Assembly: GCA_964539905.1 (NCBI GenBank)
Contig: CAZIJW010000016.1
Coordinates: forward strand, 606 to 64,605
Direction of reading: 5' to 3'
Length of the DNA stretch: 64,000 nucleotides
Source of the DNA: an uncultured Robiginitalea sp.
GTDB taxonomy: Bacteria > Bacteroidota > Bacteroidia > Flavobacteriales > Flavobacteriaceae
Below are positions 38,964-49,154 of this stretch, piece after piece (position 1 is the stretch's first letter; the number at the start of each line of letters is the position of its first letter). A program made the translations under genes and the position numbers. A model generated the notes under the pieces. It ran no database searches. It was not told the origin of the DNA and saw only the letters and a program-made list of their open reading frames with translations.

Positions 38964-41339
38964 ATGACTGCGATAAAAGCCTGCCTGCGGTATTGGGCCC
39001 TCCTTGCCTTCATTCCCCATGCACTCGCCCAACCACAGGACGTGCTGGACCAGATTCTCGATGACTTCACCCTGTATAGCGAACTTCCCCGGGAAGTCGC
39101 CTATGTGCACCTGAACAAATCGATCTTTATCAAGGGGGAAAACCTCGGTTTCAAGGCGTATGTCCTCGACAAAGGAACCAAAAAGCCCTCCCAGGAAACC
39201 CGGAACCTCTACTGTGTGTTGGCCGACTCCAATGACCGCCTGATAAAGTCGCAGATGGTCCGCATTACCGGGGGGGTCGGGCAGGGCGTTTTTGAGCTGG
39301 ACAGCCTTTTCCATACCGGGAAATATACCTTCAAGGCCTACACGAACTGGATGCGCAATTTTTCGGAAGCAAACTATTTTCAACAGTCGATCGACGTCCT
39401 GGACCCGGAAACCCACCCCACCCTGCCCGTTACCCCCAGCCCCGGTGACCTGGAAGTCCAAATCCTCCCGGAGGGGGGCCATGCCCTGGCCGGGGTCCCC
39501 TCGGTATATGGCATCATCATCAAGGATACAGGGGGCTATGGGGTCCCCGGGGTGGAAGGGCGCATTACGGACGGGTCCGGGACAGAAATTACCCGATTTA
39601 AAGTGAACCCTTTGGGGATCGGGCGCATCGGGCTGACCCCCCTCAAAGGAACCTCGTATTTTGCCCACTTCCGCTATGGAAACCGCGAGCACCGCGTTCC
39701 CTTCCCCCCGGCAAAAACCGAAGGGGTGGGCCTCCGCCTGGCCGAACTCAATGACTGGGTTGCCCTGGAACTGAGCGCCCGTTTCGGGGATCCGGGCTGG
39801 GAGCAAGCCCCCTTTTTCCTGACCGTCCACAATGGGGACAACCTGAAGGGGGTCCAGGTTTCCTTCCGCGATAGCCTGTCCCAACTAAAGGTGTTCCCAA
39901 AAGGAGACCTCTACCCCGGCATGAATGTGTTTACCCTGTTCGACCCGACCGGAAAACCGCTGCTGGAGCGCCTTTTCTTCAACCCGACCGGGCTGGCCTT
40001 TCATGAAAATATCGTCGCGTACCCCAGCCGGGTGGGTGATTCCCTGAACATCCGCCTGGGAATCCCCGGCCTGCGGGCGGGCACCTTTAACAGCCTGAGC
40101 GTTTCCGTCCTTCCCGCAGGAAGCCAGTCAAACCCGGGCCACCACAGCCTGGGCTCCTACACCCTGTTGCAACCTTACGTGCGGGGCCCCGTCGAGAATG
40201 CCCGGTATTATTTTCAGGAGGGAAGTGCGGTAAAGCGCCGCGAACTGGATGACCTGCTGCTCACCCAGGGCTGGAGCAGTTACGACTGGAACACCGTTTT
40301 CAACCACCCGCCTCAATACCGCTTCGATTTTGAAAAAGGGGTTTCCTACACGGTCGGGTTCAATGCGCGCAAAAGCGATGCCTTTTACATCTTCCCGACC
40401 CTGAACAACCCCTCGCAGCTCCTGGAACTACAGCCCGGACAGGAGGAATTCACCGTCGAAAACTTCTATCCCCTGGAAGGGGAAAAACTGGCGCTTACCG
40501 AAATCCGTGGAACCATTAAGTCGAGCCCAGCCGGGGCCTATGTGCATTTCAAGCCCGTGGGGGTCCCCCGGATGGATTCCCATAAGGCCGCCCTTTTACC
40601 CAACCGGCTGGGACCCCGGTTCGCAGCAATAGAAGTGCCCCCCATCTCCTTCGAGAACCTGGAAAAACTGCAGATACTCGATGAAGTGGTAGTGTCTGAA
40701 CCAAGGAGGATCCAACGCCTTGAACGCTTGCGGGACCGTTCCCCGGGTCGGGTGGACATCTTCGCGAAAGACGACCCCAGGCGGATGATGTTCCTCGACG
40801 CCTACCTGAGCGGACGCGGGTATAGAGTCATAGAAGGGCCTGGAACCCTCGATATTCTGGCCGGAAACCCCAATTCCCCAAGTAACCCCCGCCCGATCGT
40901 CTACCTCGACGGGGTCCTGCTTACCGATTTTGACCTCCTTTGGCGGTTCCGCCTCGATATTGTGGATTATATAGAGATAAATCCCACAGGGATTGGCTCG
41001 GGGATTTATGGCGGGGGAGGCGTCATCCGCATCGTGACAGACCCGTCGATAAGCCTGGCCGGCCCGGCCCCGAAGGCATTCCAGTCTTATGAAATCCCCC
41101 TGGCCTTTGGGCAGGACAAAGAGTTTTACACCCCGGTGTATTCCTCTTACCAGAGCGATTTCTTCAGGGCTTTTGGCACCCTTGGCTGGGTGCCGGACCT
41201 TCAGGCAGACCCCGCGGGGGCCATTGCATTTAAGGCTAAGCCCCACGGCGTGGAGGCGCTGGAGCTTTATGTGGAAGGGATCATCAACGGGAATGAATTC
41301 GTCTCAAGCCGGGTTTTGCTCGAAGCGAAGGCCCCATAG
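38964..41339 (+). CDS. Large secreted protein with MG2-like N-terminus and TonB-plug-like C-terminal region
   Basis: Signal peptide; EVAYVHLNK..FIKGE.LGFKAYV; DDLLLTQGW..YDW; PIVYLDGV...VDYIEI plug-like; FYTPVY. Confidence 0.6.
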   Translation: MTAIKACLRYWALLAFIPHALAQPQDVLDQILDDFTLYSELPREVAYVHLNKSIFIKGENLGFKAYVLDKGTKKPSQETRNLYCVLADSNDRLIKSQMVRITGGVGQGVFELDSLFHTGKYTFKAYTNWMRNFSEANYFQQSIDVLDPETHPTLPVTPSPGDLEVQILPEGGHALAGVPSVYGIIIKDTGGYGVPGVEGRITDGSGTEITRFKVNPLGIGRIGLTPLKGTSYFAHFRYGNREHRVPFPPAKTEGVGLRLAELNDWVALELSARFGDPGWEQAPFFLTVHNGDNLKGVQVSFRDSLSQLKVFPKGDLYPGMNVFTLFDPTGKPLLERLFFNPTGLAFHENIVAYPSRVGDSLNIRLGIPGLRAGTFNSLSVSVLPAGSQSNPGHHSLGSYTLLQPYVRGPVENARYYFQEGSAVKRRELDDLLLTQGWSSYDWNTVFNHPPQYRFDFEKGVSYTVGFNARKSDAFYIFPTLNNPSQLLELQPGQEEFTVENFYPLEGEKLALTEIRGTIKSSPAGAYVHFKPVGVPRMDSHKAALLPNRLGPRFAAIEVPPISFENLEKLQILDEVVVSEPRRIQRLERLRDRSPGRVDIFAKDDPRRMMFLDAYLSGRGYRVIEGPGTLDILAGNPNSPSNPRPIVYLDGVLLTDFDLLWRFRLDIVDYIEINPTGIGSGIYGGGGVIRIVTDPSISLAGPAPKAFQSYEIPLAFGQDKEFYTPVYSSYQSDFFRAFGTLGWVPDLQADPAGAIAFKAKPHGVEALELYVEGIINGNEFVSSRVLLEAKAP

Positions 41340-41354
41340 GTTCCCTCCGGTACC

Positions 41355-42257
41355 ATGCTGAAAATCGCCTTCCACCCGCTTTACACGCACCCCCTCCCGG
41401 ATGGGCACCGCTTCCCGATGCAGAAATACGACTTGCTTCCGCGGCAGTTGCTGCACGAGGGTACGTGCCGGGCCGAAAATTTTTTCGAGCCCGGCCTCCC
41501 GGCAACGGAAGACCTGTTGCGGGCGCACCGCCAGGAATATTACCAGGCCCTCTGCGAGGGGACGCTTTCGCCCCGTGAAATGCGGAAAGTAGGGTTCCCG
41601 TGGAGCCGGGAGTTGGTCCTGCGGGAGCGCACCATTGCCCAGGGGACCATCCGGGGATGCCAGTATGCCCTGGAGCACGGCGTGGCCATGAACATCGCCG
41701 GGGGCACCCACCACGCCTATTCCGACCGGGGCGAAGCCTTCTGTATGCTCAACGACCAGGCCATAGGCGCCCATTACCTGCTGGCCCATTCCCTGGCAAG
41801 CCGGATCCTGATCCTCGACCTGGACGTGCACCAGGGGAACGGGACGGCGGAAATCTTCACCGGGGTCCCAGAAGTGTTTACCTTTTCCATGCATGGGCGC
41901 GCCAATTATCCGTTTCGAAAGGAAGCCTCCGACCGCGATGTAGCCCTGGAGCCCGGGACCTCCGACAGGGAGTACCTGGAACTTTTGGAGGGCCACCTGG
42001 AGACGCTCAAAACCGAATGGAACCCTGATTTTGTCTTCTACCTCAGTGGCGTGGATGTCCTGAAAAGCGACAAACTGGGCACCCTTGGCCTGACCCTGGA
42101 AGGCTGCCGGCAACGAGACGAAATGGTTTTCCGGTGGTGCCGGAACCTGGGGGCGCCGGTGCAATGCAGTATGGGCGGGGGCTATTCCCCCCAGCTCAGG
42201 ACCATCGTGGAGGCCCATGCAGCCACCTTTCGCCTGGCCCGGGCGCTTTATTTCTAA
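41355..42257 (+). CDS. Histone deacetylase family protein (HDAC11/class IV-like)
   Basis: HRFPMQKY, GGTHHA, FCMLND, DLDVHQGNG, GVDVLKSD, GGGY. Confidence 0.92.
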   Translation: MLKIAFHPLYTHPLPDGHRFPMQKYDLLPRQLLHEGTCRAENFFEPGLPATEDLLRAHRQEYYQALCEGTLSPREMRKVGFPWSRELVLRERTIAQGTIRGCQYALEHGVAMNIAGGTHHAYSDRGEAFCMLNDQAIGAHYLLAHSLASRILILDLDVHQGNGTAEIFTGVPEVFTFSMHGRANYPFRKEASDRDVALEPGTSDREYLELLEGHLETLKTEWNPDFVFYLSGVDVLKSDKLGTLGLTLEGCRQRDEMVFRWCRNLGAPVQCSMGGGYSPQLRTIVEAHAATFRLARALYF

Positions 42258-42380
42258 AAGCGATCCCCCCAACACCCCCCATCGAAGCAAAATGCCCGGC
42301 CGCAAGAATATTCCTTACCGGCCTGGAAGCCACACGCAGATACGGCTGGTTTTTGTACCTTTATACAAACTTTATTCACG

Positions 42381-42899
42381 ATGTTAACCGAAAAAATGGA
42401 AAAGGCCCTGAATGCGCAAATCAGGGTAGAAGCAGAGTCGTCCCAGACCTACCTCTCAATGGCCTCTTACGCGGAAGTCAAAGGCCTGGAGGGGATTGCC
42501 TCCTTCATGTACAAGCACTCCGATGAGGAACGCATGCATATGCTGAAACTCATCAAATATGTGAACGAACGGGGCGGACACGCCGTGGTTTCGGAGCTTA
42601 AGGCCCCGAAATCGGATTTCGGCTCCTTCCAGGATATGTTCCGGGAGTTGCTGGAACACGAAATCTTTGTCTCCCAGAGCATCAATGAGCTGGTACACAT
42701 CACCCTTCAGGAGAAGGACTATGCCACCCACAACTTCCTGCAGTGGTACGTGGCCGAGCAGATCGAGGAAGAAGCCCTTGCCCGGAACATCCTCGACAAA
42801 ATCAACCTGATCGGCAATGACAAGGGGGGGCTGTACCTCTTCGACCGGGACGTGCAACAGATCACCGTGGAGAGTGCCGCCGGAGCCCCCGGGGCCTAG
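42381..42899 (+). CDS. ftnA: Non-heme ferritin
   Basis: ALNAQIRVE..SS..YLSMA, EERMH, EHEIFVSQSI, NFLQWYVAEQIEEE ferroxidase residues. Confidence 0.93.
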   Translation: MLTEKMEKALNAQIRVEAESSQTYLSMASYAEVKGLEGIASFMYKHSDEERMHMLKLIKYVNERGGHAVVSELKAPKSDFGSFQDMFRELLEHEIFVSQSINELVHITLQEKDYATHNFLQWYVAEQIEEEALARNILDKINLIGNDKGGLYLFDRDVQQITVESAAGAPGA

Positions 42900-42912
42900 A
42901 CTGTTAAATTTT

Positions 42913-42931
42913 ATTTAGATTTAATTTAAAT
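42913..42931. promoter_or_regulatory. Candidate Fur box (7-5-7 imperfect palindrome)
   Basis: ATTTAGA-TTTAA-TTTAAAT; 16/19 match to the ATTTAGAATTATTCTAAAT box I recall for Flavobacteriales Fur; 3 nt upstream of a -7 element. Confidence 0.6.
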
Positions 42932-42934
42932 TGA

Positions 42935-42942
42935 TAGCTTTG
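42935..42942 (+). promoter_or_regulatory. -7 element (TAGCTTTG) for the small Cys-rich gene
   Basis: Exact consensus 21 nt before ATG 42964. Confidence 0.65.
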
Positions 42943-42963
42943 TGGGAGTCTATCCGAACTCCC

Positions 42964-43182
42964 ATGGGCAAAAAGAAGGACAAAGCGCCGGAAAAACAGC
43001 AAAAGAAGCGGGAAAAAAGGCTTAAGGAGCTTGCCCAAACCCAGTGCCCGCCTCAGGGCTGCAAGAAGAACTGCTGCAAAAAATACAAGAAGTGTGAGAG
43101 CAAACGCTGTAAAAAGTGTCCCTGCCATGATTTGCTCAAACAACTCCGCAGCACTTCCCCCGGGCTTCAGCGGGTAGCCTGA
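42964..43182 (+). CDS. Small Cys/Lys-rich protein (72 aa, 8 Cys, 19 Lys), putative metal/Fe-S binder
   Basis: Own promoter and terminator; CPPQGCKKNCCKKYKKCESKRCKKCPCH cluster. Confidence 0.7.
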   Translation: MGKKKDKAPEKQQKKREKRLKELAQTQCPPQGCKKNCCKKYKKCESKRCKKCPCHDLLKQLRSTSPGLQRVA

Positions 43183-43199
43183 CCCTTTGACCCCACGAT

Positions 43200-43224
43200 A
43201 AAAAAAGGGCTTTGCAGCCCTTTT
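43200..43224. terminator. Bidirectional terminator between the Cys-rich gene and ssb
   Basis: A7-GGGC-TTTGCA-GCCC-T4. Confidence 0.75.
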
Positions 43225-43245
43225 AACCCCCCACGCCAGAAGCGT

Positions 43246-43578
43246 TCATTTGCCCAGCAGGAGCAATTCCATGCAGCGGACCTCCGTGACATACTTTTTT
43301 TCCCCTTCAGGGGTGTCATAGGCCCTGTGGATGAGCTTTCCCTCCACGGCCACCTCCTTACCCCGGGCCAGGTAATTCTCAACAATTTCAGCGGTTTTCC
43401 CCCAGGCGACCACCTGGTGCCACTGGGTGTCCGTGACTTTCTCCCCCTTGGCATTCCGGTAGGTCTCATTGGTGGCAATGGAAAATTTCGCCAGTTTGTT
43501 CCCGCTCTCCAGGACCAGGACCTCGGGATCCTTCCCCAAATTACCGATCAACAGGACTTTGTTTCTGAGTGCATTCAT
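43246..43578 (-). CDS. ssb: Single-stranded DNA-binding protein (short form without acidic tail)
   Basis: NKVLLIGNLGKDPE, FSIATNE, TQWHQVVAWGK, VAVEGKL. Confidence 0.92.
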   Translation of the reverse strand: MNALRNKVLLIGNLGKDPEVLVLESGNKLAKFSIATNETYRNAKGEKVTDTQWHQVVAWGKTAEIVENYLARGKEVAVEGKLIHRAYDTPEGEKKYVTEVRCMELLLLGK

Positions 43579-43699
43579 AACTTAAAGGTTTACGTTCCGG
43601 GCAAAAGTCGCAGCGTATCCTGCCAAGCCAAAGCAGGGAAAAACGGATTGTATTTCCCGAATGCGTATCTTTAAGAACGCCAAAACCAAACTGCCCGTT

Positions 43700-45262
43700 A
43701 TGAAAAACCAGATCCAGACCTTCCTGATCGCACTCGCCTTGCTGCTTCCAACCCTGCCCGGGGTCCGGGCACAGGACGCGGCATCCGTCGTATCGCAAAT
43801 TGAGGCCGAAGCCACGGAAAATTCACAGTTGCAGGCGCTTGCCCATGAGCTCATGGATGTTATCGGCCCGAGGCTGGTAGGCACCCCGCAAATGAAAAAA
43901 GCCCATGACTGGGCCGTCCAAACCTTTTCTGGCTGGGGGATTGAGGCCTCCAACGAACCCTGGGGCACCTGGCGGGGCTGGGAACGGGGGATATGCCACA
44001 TCGACCTGCTGGCCCCCCGGGTGGTGTCCCTGCACGGCAGGCAACTGGCCTGGAGCCCTTCCACCCCGCCCGGGGGAATCACCGCCGGGGTCATAACCCT
44101 GCCGATTGTTGCGGATTCCCTCGCCTTTGCGCGGTGGCTCCCCCAGGCCCGCGGGAAATGGGTTTGCGTGTCCATGCCCGAGCTTACGGGGCGGCCCGAT
44201 GAGAACTGGGAGGAATTTGCCACGAAGGAATCCTTTGAAAACATGAAAAAACGCAGGGAAGCGGAAACCGCCGCCTGGCGGCAAAACCTCAGCAATACCG
44301 GGTATACGGCCCCGACGCTGAATGAAGCCCTGGAAGCCGCGGGGGCCGCGGGCATCCTGCAATCGAGGTGGTCCAATGCCTTCGGGGCCAACAAAATATT
44401 CAGCGCCAACACCCAAAAAATCCCGGTGATAGACCTGTCTTTGGAAGACTATGGCATGGTGTACCGCATGGCGGAGAACGGGGACGACCCCAGGCTTCGC
44501 ATCGTAGCGGAATCCCGGGAACTGGGCAGGGTACCTGCCTTTAATACCATAGCGGTCCTGCCTGGAACGGAGCTTCCCGATGAATACGTGGTCCTGTCGG
44601 CCCATTTCGATTCCTGGGACGGGGGCACAGGCGCTACTGACAACGGCACCGGCACCCTGACCATGATGGAAGCGGCCCGGATCCTGAAAAAAGTATACCC
44701 CAACCCCAGGCGCACGATTGTGGTGGGGCTCTGGGGCAGTGAAGAACAGGGGTTGAACGGTTCCCGGGCGTATGTGGAAGACCATCCGGAAGTCGTCTCC
44801 GGGCTGCAGGCCCTCTTCAACCAGGACAACGGCACCGGGCGGGTGGTGCGCATTAACGGGCAGGGATTCCTCCATGCCTATGCCTACCTGGGGCGTTGGC
44901 TTGCAGCCGTGCCCGACTCCATTACCCGGCATATCGAAACCACCTTTCCCGGAAACCCGGGACGCGGGGGTTCCGATTACGCCTCCTTCGTCGCACGGGG
45001 GGCCCCGGCTTTTTCCCTGTCGTCCCTGAGCTGGAGCTACTGGAACTATACCTGGCACACCAACCTGGACACGTATGACAAGATCGTCTTTGACGACGTG
45101 CGGAACAATGTGATCCTTACCGCCATCCTCGCATACATGGCGAGCGAAGACCCGGAGCGCACCTCCCGGGAACAGGCCGAATTGCCCCTGGACCCCGAAA
45201 CGGGTAAGCCGCGCGATTGGCCGACCCCCAGGGCCCCAAACCGGGAAGGCGGGAGGGAATAA
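43700..45262 (+). CDS. M28 family secreted metallo-aminopeptidase/carboxypeptidase Q-like
   Basis: GPRLVG, SAHFDSWD, GATDNGTG, GSEEQGL, GGSD, WHTNLDT. Confidence 0.88.
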   Translation: MKNQIQTFLIALALLLPTLPGVRAQDAASVVSQIEAEATENSQLQALAHELMDVIGPRLVGTPQMKKAHDWAVQTFSGWGIEASNEPWGTWRGWERGICHIDLLAPRVVSLHGRQLAWSPSTPPGGITAGVITLPIVADSLAFARWLPQARGKWVCVSMPELTGRPDENWEEFATKESFENMKKRREAETAAWRQNLSNTGYTAPTLNEALEAAGAAGILQSRWSNAFGANKIFSANTQKIPVIDLSLEDYGMVYRMAENGDDPRLRIVAESRELGRVPAFNTIAVLPGTELPDEYVVLSAHFDSWDGGTGATDNGTGTLTMMEAARILKKVYPNPRRTIVVGLWGSEEQGLNGSRAYVEDHPEVVSGLQALFNQDNGTGRVVRINGQGFLHAYAYLGRWLAAVPDSITRHIETTFPGNPGRGGSDYASFVARGAPAFSLSSLSWSYWNYTWHTNLDTYDKIVFDDVRNNVILTAILAYMASEDPERTSREQAELPLDPETGKPRDWPTPRAPNREGGRE

Positions 45263-45341
45263 AACGCCCGTCAATTTTACACCATTACCCCGGTCCCGCC
45301 AGGGCATCCTTCAATGAACGAATAACCTTAAATTTTTGAGA

Positions 45342-48300
45342 ATGAGAAACCTTTTCCTCACGGCTTCGGCCCTCCTGATGGTCCTTGCTGTGGCCTATCC
45401 CCAGCGCAGAAAACAAACTCCCCCACAACCCGTGGTGGCAGACACCAGCTTCCATGGGCTGAAGTGGAGGAACATTGGCCCGTTCAGGGGGGGCAGGTCC
45501 GTGGCAGCCACCGGGGTTGCCAGCCAGCCCGGCACCTATTATATGGGTAGCACCGGGGGTGGCATCTGGAAAACCACCGATGACGGCCTGCACTGGAAAA
45601 ATATTTCCGACGGCTTTTTCAAAACCGGCACGGTTGGGGACATCGCCGTGAGCGAAAGCAACCCCAACCTCATCCTGGTAGGCATGGGGGAACACGCCGC
45701 CCGGGGGGTGATGACTTCCATGGGCGACGGGGTCTACCTGTCAAGGGATGCGGGACAAACCTGGACGCACCTTGGACTCGGCAAAAGCCGGCACATCTCG
45801 GATGTGATCATACACCCCAGGGATGAAAATACCTTCTATGTCGCGGTGCAGGGGGCCCAGTACGGGCCCGGTGAGGAAAGGGGCGTATACCGGTCTACCG
45901 ACGGGGGGGCTACCTGGGAGCGCGTGCTCTATGTAAACCCGACCACGGGGGCCTCTTCCCTCAGCATGGACCCAAACAACCCCCTGGTCCTGTACGCCGC
46001 CCTGTGGGACCACCAGCGCTATCCATGGACCATGAAGTCCGGAGGGGAAGGATCCGGGCTGTACAAATCCACGGACGGGGGCACCCGGTGGGAAAAACTT
46101 AAGGAAGGGCTGCCTGAAGCCCTGGGGAAAGCCGGGATTTCCGCTTCGGGGGCCCAACCGGGCCTGGTTTACGCCGTAATTGAGGCGGAAGGGGAGAAAT
46201 CGGGGGTTTACCGCTCCGACGATTGGGGAAAGAAGTGGCGGCAGGTAAACCGCGACCGCATCAATGTGACCCGTTCCTGGTACTACATGGAAATCTTTGC
46301 AGACCCGCAACAGGCCGAAACGGTCTATGTCCTCAATGCGCCCATGACGCGATCCATTGACGGGGGGAAAACCTTCCAGCCCGTGCCCACCCCCCACGGC
46401 GACAACCACGACCTGTGGATCAACCCCACGGACAACCAAAAAATGATCAATGCCAATGACGGGGGGGCAAACATCTCGAACAACGGGGGCAAAAGCTGGA
46501 GTACCCAGGAGAACCAGCCTACCGCCCAGTTTTACCGGGTCATCACCGACAACCTGTTCCCGTACCAGGTATACGGCGGGCAACAGGACAATTCCGCCAT
46601 CGCTATTGTGAGCCGTACCAACGACGGGGGGATTGACTGGAAGGACTGGTATTCCGTGGCCGGTTGCGAAAGCGCCTACCTGGCCTTTGACCCCGACAAC
46701 CCGGAGGTGGTCTTTGGCGGGTGCTACCAGGGGATCATCGAAAAGTGGGTGAAGGCGATCCGGGAAGGCAAGCCCATCAAGGAGTATCCGGAACTTTCCC
46801 TGGGGAATGCCCCGGAAAATTTCAAATACCGGTATAACTGGAATGCCCCCATCGTGGCCGACCCGCATGACCCTTCGGTCATCTACCACGCCGGGAATGT
46901 GGTCTTCCGCTCCGCGGACGCCGGCCAGCACTGGACGGTGATCAGCCCAGACCTGACCCGGGACGATCCCGAAAAGCAGGGGCCCGGGGGAATCCCCTAC
47001 ACCAATGAGGCCGCCGGGGGCGAAAACTACAATACCATCATGTACCTGGCGGCATCGCCCCATGAAAAAGGGGTACTCTGGGCCGGCAGCGATGACGGGC
47101 TGGTACACCTGACCCGCAATGGTGGCACTTCCTGGGACAACGTCACCCCCGAAGGCATGGAAGAAGGCATCGTCAACAGCATAGAGGTATCCCCCCACGA
47201 CCCGGCCACGGCCTACCTCGTGCTGATGCGCTACAAGTTCATGGACCTTAAGCCCTACGTGTACAAAACCACGGATTACGGCCAAAGCTGGTCGTTGCAG
47301 GTCCGCGGGCTGGAGGACCCCAACGGCTTTGTGAGGGTGGTCCGCGAAGACCCCAAAAGGCCGGGCCTCCTCTATGCCGGGACAGAAACCGGGCTGTACC
47401 TTTCCTTCGACGGCGGGGGGTACTGGCAGCCCTTCCAGTTGAACCTGCCTGTGGTCCCCATTACGGACCTCACCTTTCGCCATAACGACCTGGTCGCGGC
47501 CACGGCAGGCCGTGCCTTCTGGATCCTGGACGACCTTTCTGCACTGCAGCAGGAAAGGGCCGAAGGTAACGCGGTATTCCTGGCGGCCCCAAGGGACACC
47601 TACCGCTTTGAAGGCGGATATTCCGAAAACCCGGTCCCGGGCCTCGGGCAGAACCCGAAATCGGGGGTGATCCTCGATTACTACCTACCCGAAGCCCCGG
47701 ATTCCACCGGGGTGACCCTGGAAATCCTGCAGGGCGACCAGGTGGTCCGGACCTATTCCAGCCTTCCTGAGAAGGACTTCAAAACCTGGCCCGGGGGCCC
47801 GCCAAAACCGGAAGTCCTCCCGGCCAAACCCGGATACAACCGGTTCGTATGGGATTTTCGAAGGGATGCCCTGCCGGCGGTCGAAAAGGTCTTTGTGATG
47901 GGCGATTACCGGGGTTCCCGCCTGGCTCCCGGGCGCTACACGGCCCGCCTGAGCTCAGGATCCGAAAAAATGGAGCGCGGATTTACCCTGTTGCCGCACC
48001 CCGGGGTGGAGGCCAGCCCCGCAGACTACCAGGAGCAACAGGAAACCCTGCTGGCCATCGAAGGGGCCATTGGGGAAATGCACCAGGGCGTGAACCGCCT
48101 GCGGTCGGTTAGCCAGCAGTTAAAGGCACAGGAGAAACTCCTGGAAGGGAACCCTGGTGCCGCAGCCCTTGTGGAAAAAGGAAAGGCCCTGCTGGAACGC
48201 ATCAAAACCTGGGAAGAATCCCTCATCCAACCCAGGCAGGAAACCTTCCAGGATGTCATCAATTTCAACAACCGCCTCAACGCGGAATTGATGGAACTAA

Positions 48301-48485
48301 AGGCTTTTGTGGATGTCGCCGAACCCCGGGTTACCCAGGGGGCAAAGGAACGCCTGGCCGACCTGCTGAAGGAGTGGGAAAGCCTCAAAACGGAACAACA
48401 GGGGATCGTCCGGGACGGGATGGCAGAATACAACGAGCTGTATCTCCAGCTGGGCCTTCCTGCCCTGATCCTGGAGGAAGAATAG
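45342..48485 (+). CDS. VPS10/sortilin-like BNR (Asp-box) repeat protein
   Basis: [12 protein letters not shown]; repeated SxDGGxTW Asp-boxes; GGQQDN; C-terminal coiled coil. Confidence 0.88.
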   Translation: MRNLFLTASALLMVLAVAYPQRRKQTPPQPVVADTSFHGLKWRNIGPFRGGRSVAATGVASQPGTYYMGSTGGGIWKTTDDGLHWKNISDGFFKTGTVGDIAVSESNPNLILVGMGEHAARGVMTSMGDGVYLSRDAGQTWTHLGLGKSRHISDVIIHPRDENTFYVAVQGAQYGPGEERGVYRSTDGGATWERVLYVNPTTGASSLSMDPNNPLVLYAALWDHQRYPWTMKSGGEGSGLYKSTDGGTRWEKLKEGLPEALGKAGISASGAQPGLVYAVIEAEGEKSGVYRSDDWGKKWRQVNRDRINVTRSWYYMEIFADPQQAETVYVLNAPMTRSIDGGKTFQPVPTPHGDNHDLWINPTDNQKMINANDGGANISNNGGKSWSTQENQPTAQFYRVITDNLFPYQVYGGQQDNSAIAIVSRTNDGGIDWKDWYSVAGCESAYLAFDPDNPEVVFGGCYQGIIEKWVKAIREGKPIKEYPELSLGNAPENFKYRYNWNAPIVADPHDPSVIYHAGNVVFRSADAGQHWTVISPDLTRDDPEKQGPGGIPYTNEAAGGENYNTIMYLAASPHEKGVLWAGSDDGLVHLTRNGGTSWDNVTPEGMEEGIVNSIEVSPHDPATAYLVLMRYKFMDLKPYVYKTTDYGQSWSLQVRGLEDPNGFVRVVREDPKRPGLLYAGTETGLYLSFDGGGYWQPFQLNLPVVPITDLTFRHNDLVAATAGRAFWILDDLSALQQERAEGNAVFLAAPRDTYRFEGGYSENPVPGLGQNPKSGVILDYYLPEAPDSTGVTLEILQGDQVVRTYSSLPEKDFKTWPGGPPKPEVLPAKPGYNRFVWDFRRDALPAVEKVFVMGDYRGSRLAPGRYTARLSSGSEKMERGFTLLPHPGVEASPADYQEQQETLLAIEGAIGEMHQGVNRLRSVSQQLKAQEKLLEGNPGAAALVEKGKALLERIKTWEESLIQPRQETFQDVINFNNRLNAELMELKAFVDVAEPRVTQGAKERLADLLKEWESLKTEQQGIVRDGMAEYNELYLQLGLPALILEEE

Positions 48486-48499
48486 GCCGCAAGCCCTAA

Positions 48500-48542
48500 A
48501 AAAGCCCGGCCCCGGAAGTATTCCTTCCGGGGCCGGGCTTTT
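48500..48542. terminator. Bidirectional terminator with perfect 19-bp stem
   Basis: AAAAGCCCGGCCCCGGAAG-TATTC-CTTCCGGGGCCGGGCTTTT between convergent genes. Confidence 0.9.
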
Positions 48543-48557
48543 GGGTTTATCCCCTGG

Positions 48558-49028
48558 TTATTTCCAGTTCTGGGCGTTGAGCTTTAGGGCGGCCACAACG
48601 ATGTCCTTACGGCTGATCTGCCCAACCAGCAGGCCGTCCTTCATGACCGGCAACCTCCTGCGGTTGTTTTTGTGGAAAACCCCTGCGGCGTCGAATATGC
48701 TCATGTCATGGGGGATCGTATCCACATTCTTGGTCATAAAGGATTCCACGCTTTTATCGAGGATGGGCTGGTTGAAATAACGGCTCTCCGAAATCTGTTT
48801 CATGCAATCGGCCTCGGAAATGATCCCTACCAGAAACCCATTGTCATCCAAGACAGGCCCCCCGGAGATCCGGTGTTTGGTAAAAGCCTCCATCACCTCC
48901 AGGATCGACTGGTCGGGCCTGAAGGTCACGAGATTTCTGGACATATAGTCGGTAACCAGGATGGGGGCATCGTATTCCTTCTTCGACGCCTCCCTGGACC
49001 TGCGGCCCTGAAAACTTTTTATGCCCAT
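48558..49028 (-). CDS. CBS-domain protein
   Basis: Two CBS motifs (ISGGPVLD..LVGIISE; RRLPV..LVGQISRKD). Confidence 0.9.
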   Translation of the reverse strand: MGIKSFQGRRSREASKKEYDAPILVTDYMSRNLVTFRPDQSILEVMEAFTKHRISGGPVLDDNGFLVGIISEADCMKQISESRYFNQPILDKSVESFMTKNVDTIPHDMSIFDAAGVFHKNNRRRLPVMKDGLLVGQISRKDIVVAALKLNAQNWK

Positions 49029-49154
49029 AGTATTGCTTTTTAAAGGGTTAGGTAATTACTAAAGATACCAAATTCCCCAGTACTTCCTAAAATTAAGTCG
49101 ATAAAATACAACGGGCCTTGAGAATTTCATACTTTTAAAAGTCAAAGTACACCC

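Noticed and set aside
43579-43660. SOS-like GGA..TCC upstream of ssb
   Set aside because: The spacing is N7, not N5
48500-48542. Perfect 19-bp hairpin as a possible MITE/REP element
   Set aside because: No second copy noticed in the window; its position between convergent genes and A/T flanks fit a bidirectional terminator
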